A stretch of 64,000 bases of DNA from Mytilus edulis (Eukaryota), in assembly GCF_963676685.1 (NCBI RefSeq), contig NC_092344.1, forward strand, positions 32,674,001 to 32,738,000, in the 5' to 3' direction. Made by a program: the position numbers and the translations under genes. The notes under the pieces were generated by a model. The model ran no database searches and had not been told where the DNA came from. It worked only from the letters and a program-made list of their open reading frames with translations. Shown here one piece after another: positions 62,237 through 64,000 of the stretch; position 1 is the first letter of the stretch; the number at the start of each line of letters is the position of its first letter.

Positions 62237-64000
62237 AGAGTAAAATAATTATATAATCTCAAACATTATAAGTAAATAATGCATTTCAAGAACTTATATT
62301 TTTTTTTACACAGAATCGCATTAAATCAAAGTTTCGATACAATTTTCTAGGAATCGACAATTACATCTTTTCGAGAAAAGCGTTATGATAAACTGTTTGA
62401 TGAATATTGATCTTCATTGTTATTCTAAATCATGTTTACCAAATTCATATTTTTGGGTGAATGAGTTAATTGAGCAAATAGCTCACATATCTGCTTATTT
62501 TGCTTTGCATTGCAGCACACATATATAACAAGTAATAATGTATATATATTTCAATACAATAATTTAGATTAAAATAGAATAAAAACATGTACATTAACAT
62601 AGATAACAGTTTTCAAAAATGAATCTTGTATTCAATTTATGAGAAACGAGACAAATTTTGATAAAAGGAAACAACACTCCTAATTCAGAGAAAAATTATA
62701 TATACTTTGGCAAAATTAATAATCTCTAGCCTATAGACGCAACTGAAAGGGACCTTAATAGAATAGGCAAAACCATCGTAGGTTTACTTTGACTTAGTTG
62801 TTTGGAACTTCAGCTCGTTATCATTTCAAAATGAATCGACGGAAATTTTAATATATATTTGTTAAAAAAATCTAGCCCGAAGCGAATCTGATGATACCTC
62901 GTGAGTTTCAGTTCACCAGTAATGTTATCTTCCAAAGGTTAGGAAAGAAAAAATAACACCTCATGAAATTGTGATTATCCAAATGCTTTTCTTGATTTAC
63001 GTTCACTATGAAAGTTAAAACGAAAAATGTATATATGAACACTTGAGCTTAATGAACACTTAAATAGCTTTATGAACAGAGGGATTTAAAATAGTTGAGT
63101 AAGATAGAAGAGCCGTATAATAGATGGTGTTTTGAATTACAAACTTCTTTGACAAAGGAATAATCAGAGAACATAAGAAACGTATTTGGCAAATGGATTT
63201 CTCTGAGGGCTCTTTCTTGTTCCAAAATCTGGTCGTCTATGAAGCGACGATTTTATTAGTTTTTCCTCTATTGGTCGGATTGTTCAGTAAAGGAACTACT
63301 AGTGAATTGAATCATTCATCATGAGGAAGTGATCTTTATTTAGCAATACCTGATAGCAGTTTGTACTGGGTAATGCACTGACAACATTTATTTACATTTA
63401 TATGTTTACACTTGTTATCATAGATTTGATATTGATATATAACAACATTACATTTAACATATAACATATTATGTCAAAGTTCAGATTGTTTGTATGATGG
63501 CTATGAAGCAGAATGTCCAAATACAGAAAGGTATTTAAATAATATATAGTTTATTTGGTTGAAATTTACAAGTACATGTATGAAGTTATTTACTTATGTA
63601 TATCAGTTAATTGAAATTTACAACATGACATTTAAGAAAATATATACTGAACGAATACACGTTTATACTCCTCACTATGATTCAGATTTTCCTTGTCCTG
63701 TTTTGTTGAATATTTAGTCGTTTCGTCTTTAAACTTGCAGACATGGTTTGGTCTTTACTTCTTTGAGTTATGATTGCCCATTTCATTTCTTGTATTTTTA
63801 ATCGAGATTACATAATCATTATTTTGTTGTTACTTAATTTATTAAAGAAACCGATGAGTTAGTCCAATTTTTTATGTAAGTTTTGTCATTTTCTCATTCT
63901 TCAACATTTTTCGATTATAATTGTTTTTCTTTCTGAACTTGATTTCGACCCTCTTTTCTAAGTGACATTGCATTATCCTGTTTCTTGACGTTGTGCATAT

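Overview
AT-rich, intron-rich animal genomic DNA. The repeat families suggest a bivalve, most likely a Mytilus-type mussel (inference). I reconstructed four spliced protein-coding genes by hand from GT-AG sites and phase-compatible frames. (1) A 12-exon + strand gene (747-17711, about 1411 aa) that appears to be an undescribed chimera: a diverged NUP153-like N-terminus with a duplicated amphipathic-helix exon, a Ser/Thr-rich region with degenerate FG repeats, and a catalytically intact DEDDh 3'-5' exonuclease of the PML/Plex9/TREX1-like type. (2) YIPF1/2 on the - strand (8 exons). (3) TIMM29 on the + strand, head-to-head with YIPF across 314 bp. (4) RPF1 on the + strand (9 exons), with a 7-kb U12-type intron. 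Introns and intergenic DNA are packed with mobile elements: a Naiad-type Penelope-like RT fragment with a SECIS-like hairpin, three hammerhead-ribozyme retrozyme copies, an L2/CR1 LINE, a SINE, Helentron-associated elements, many MITEs, and a 3.8-kb Kolobok-like element carrying a decayed P2X7-tail-like (KolX-type) gene. Homology calls come from motif recognition and recalled family sequences, not from searches.
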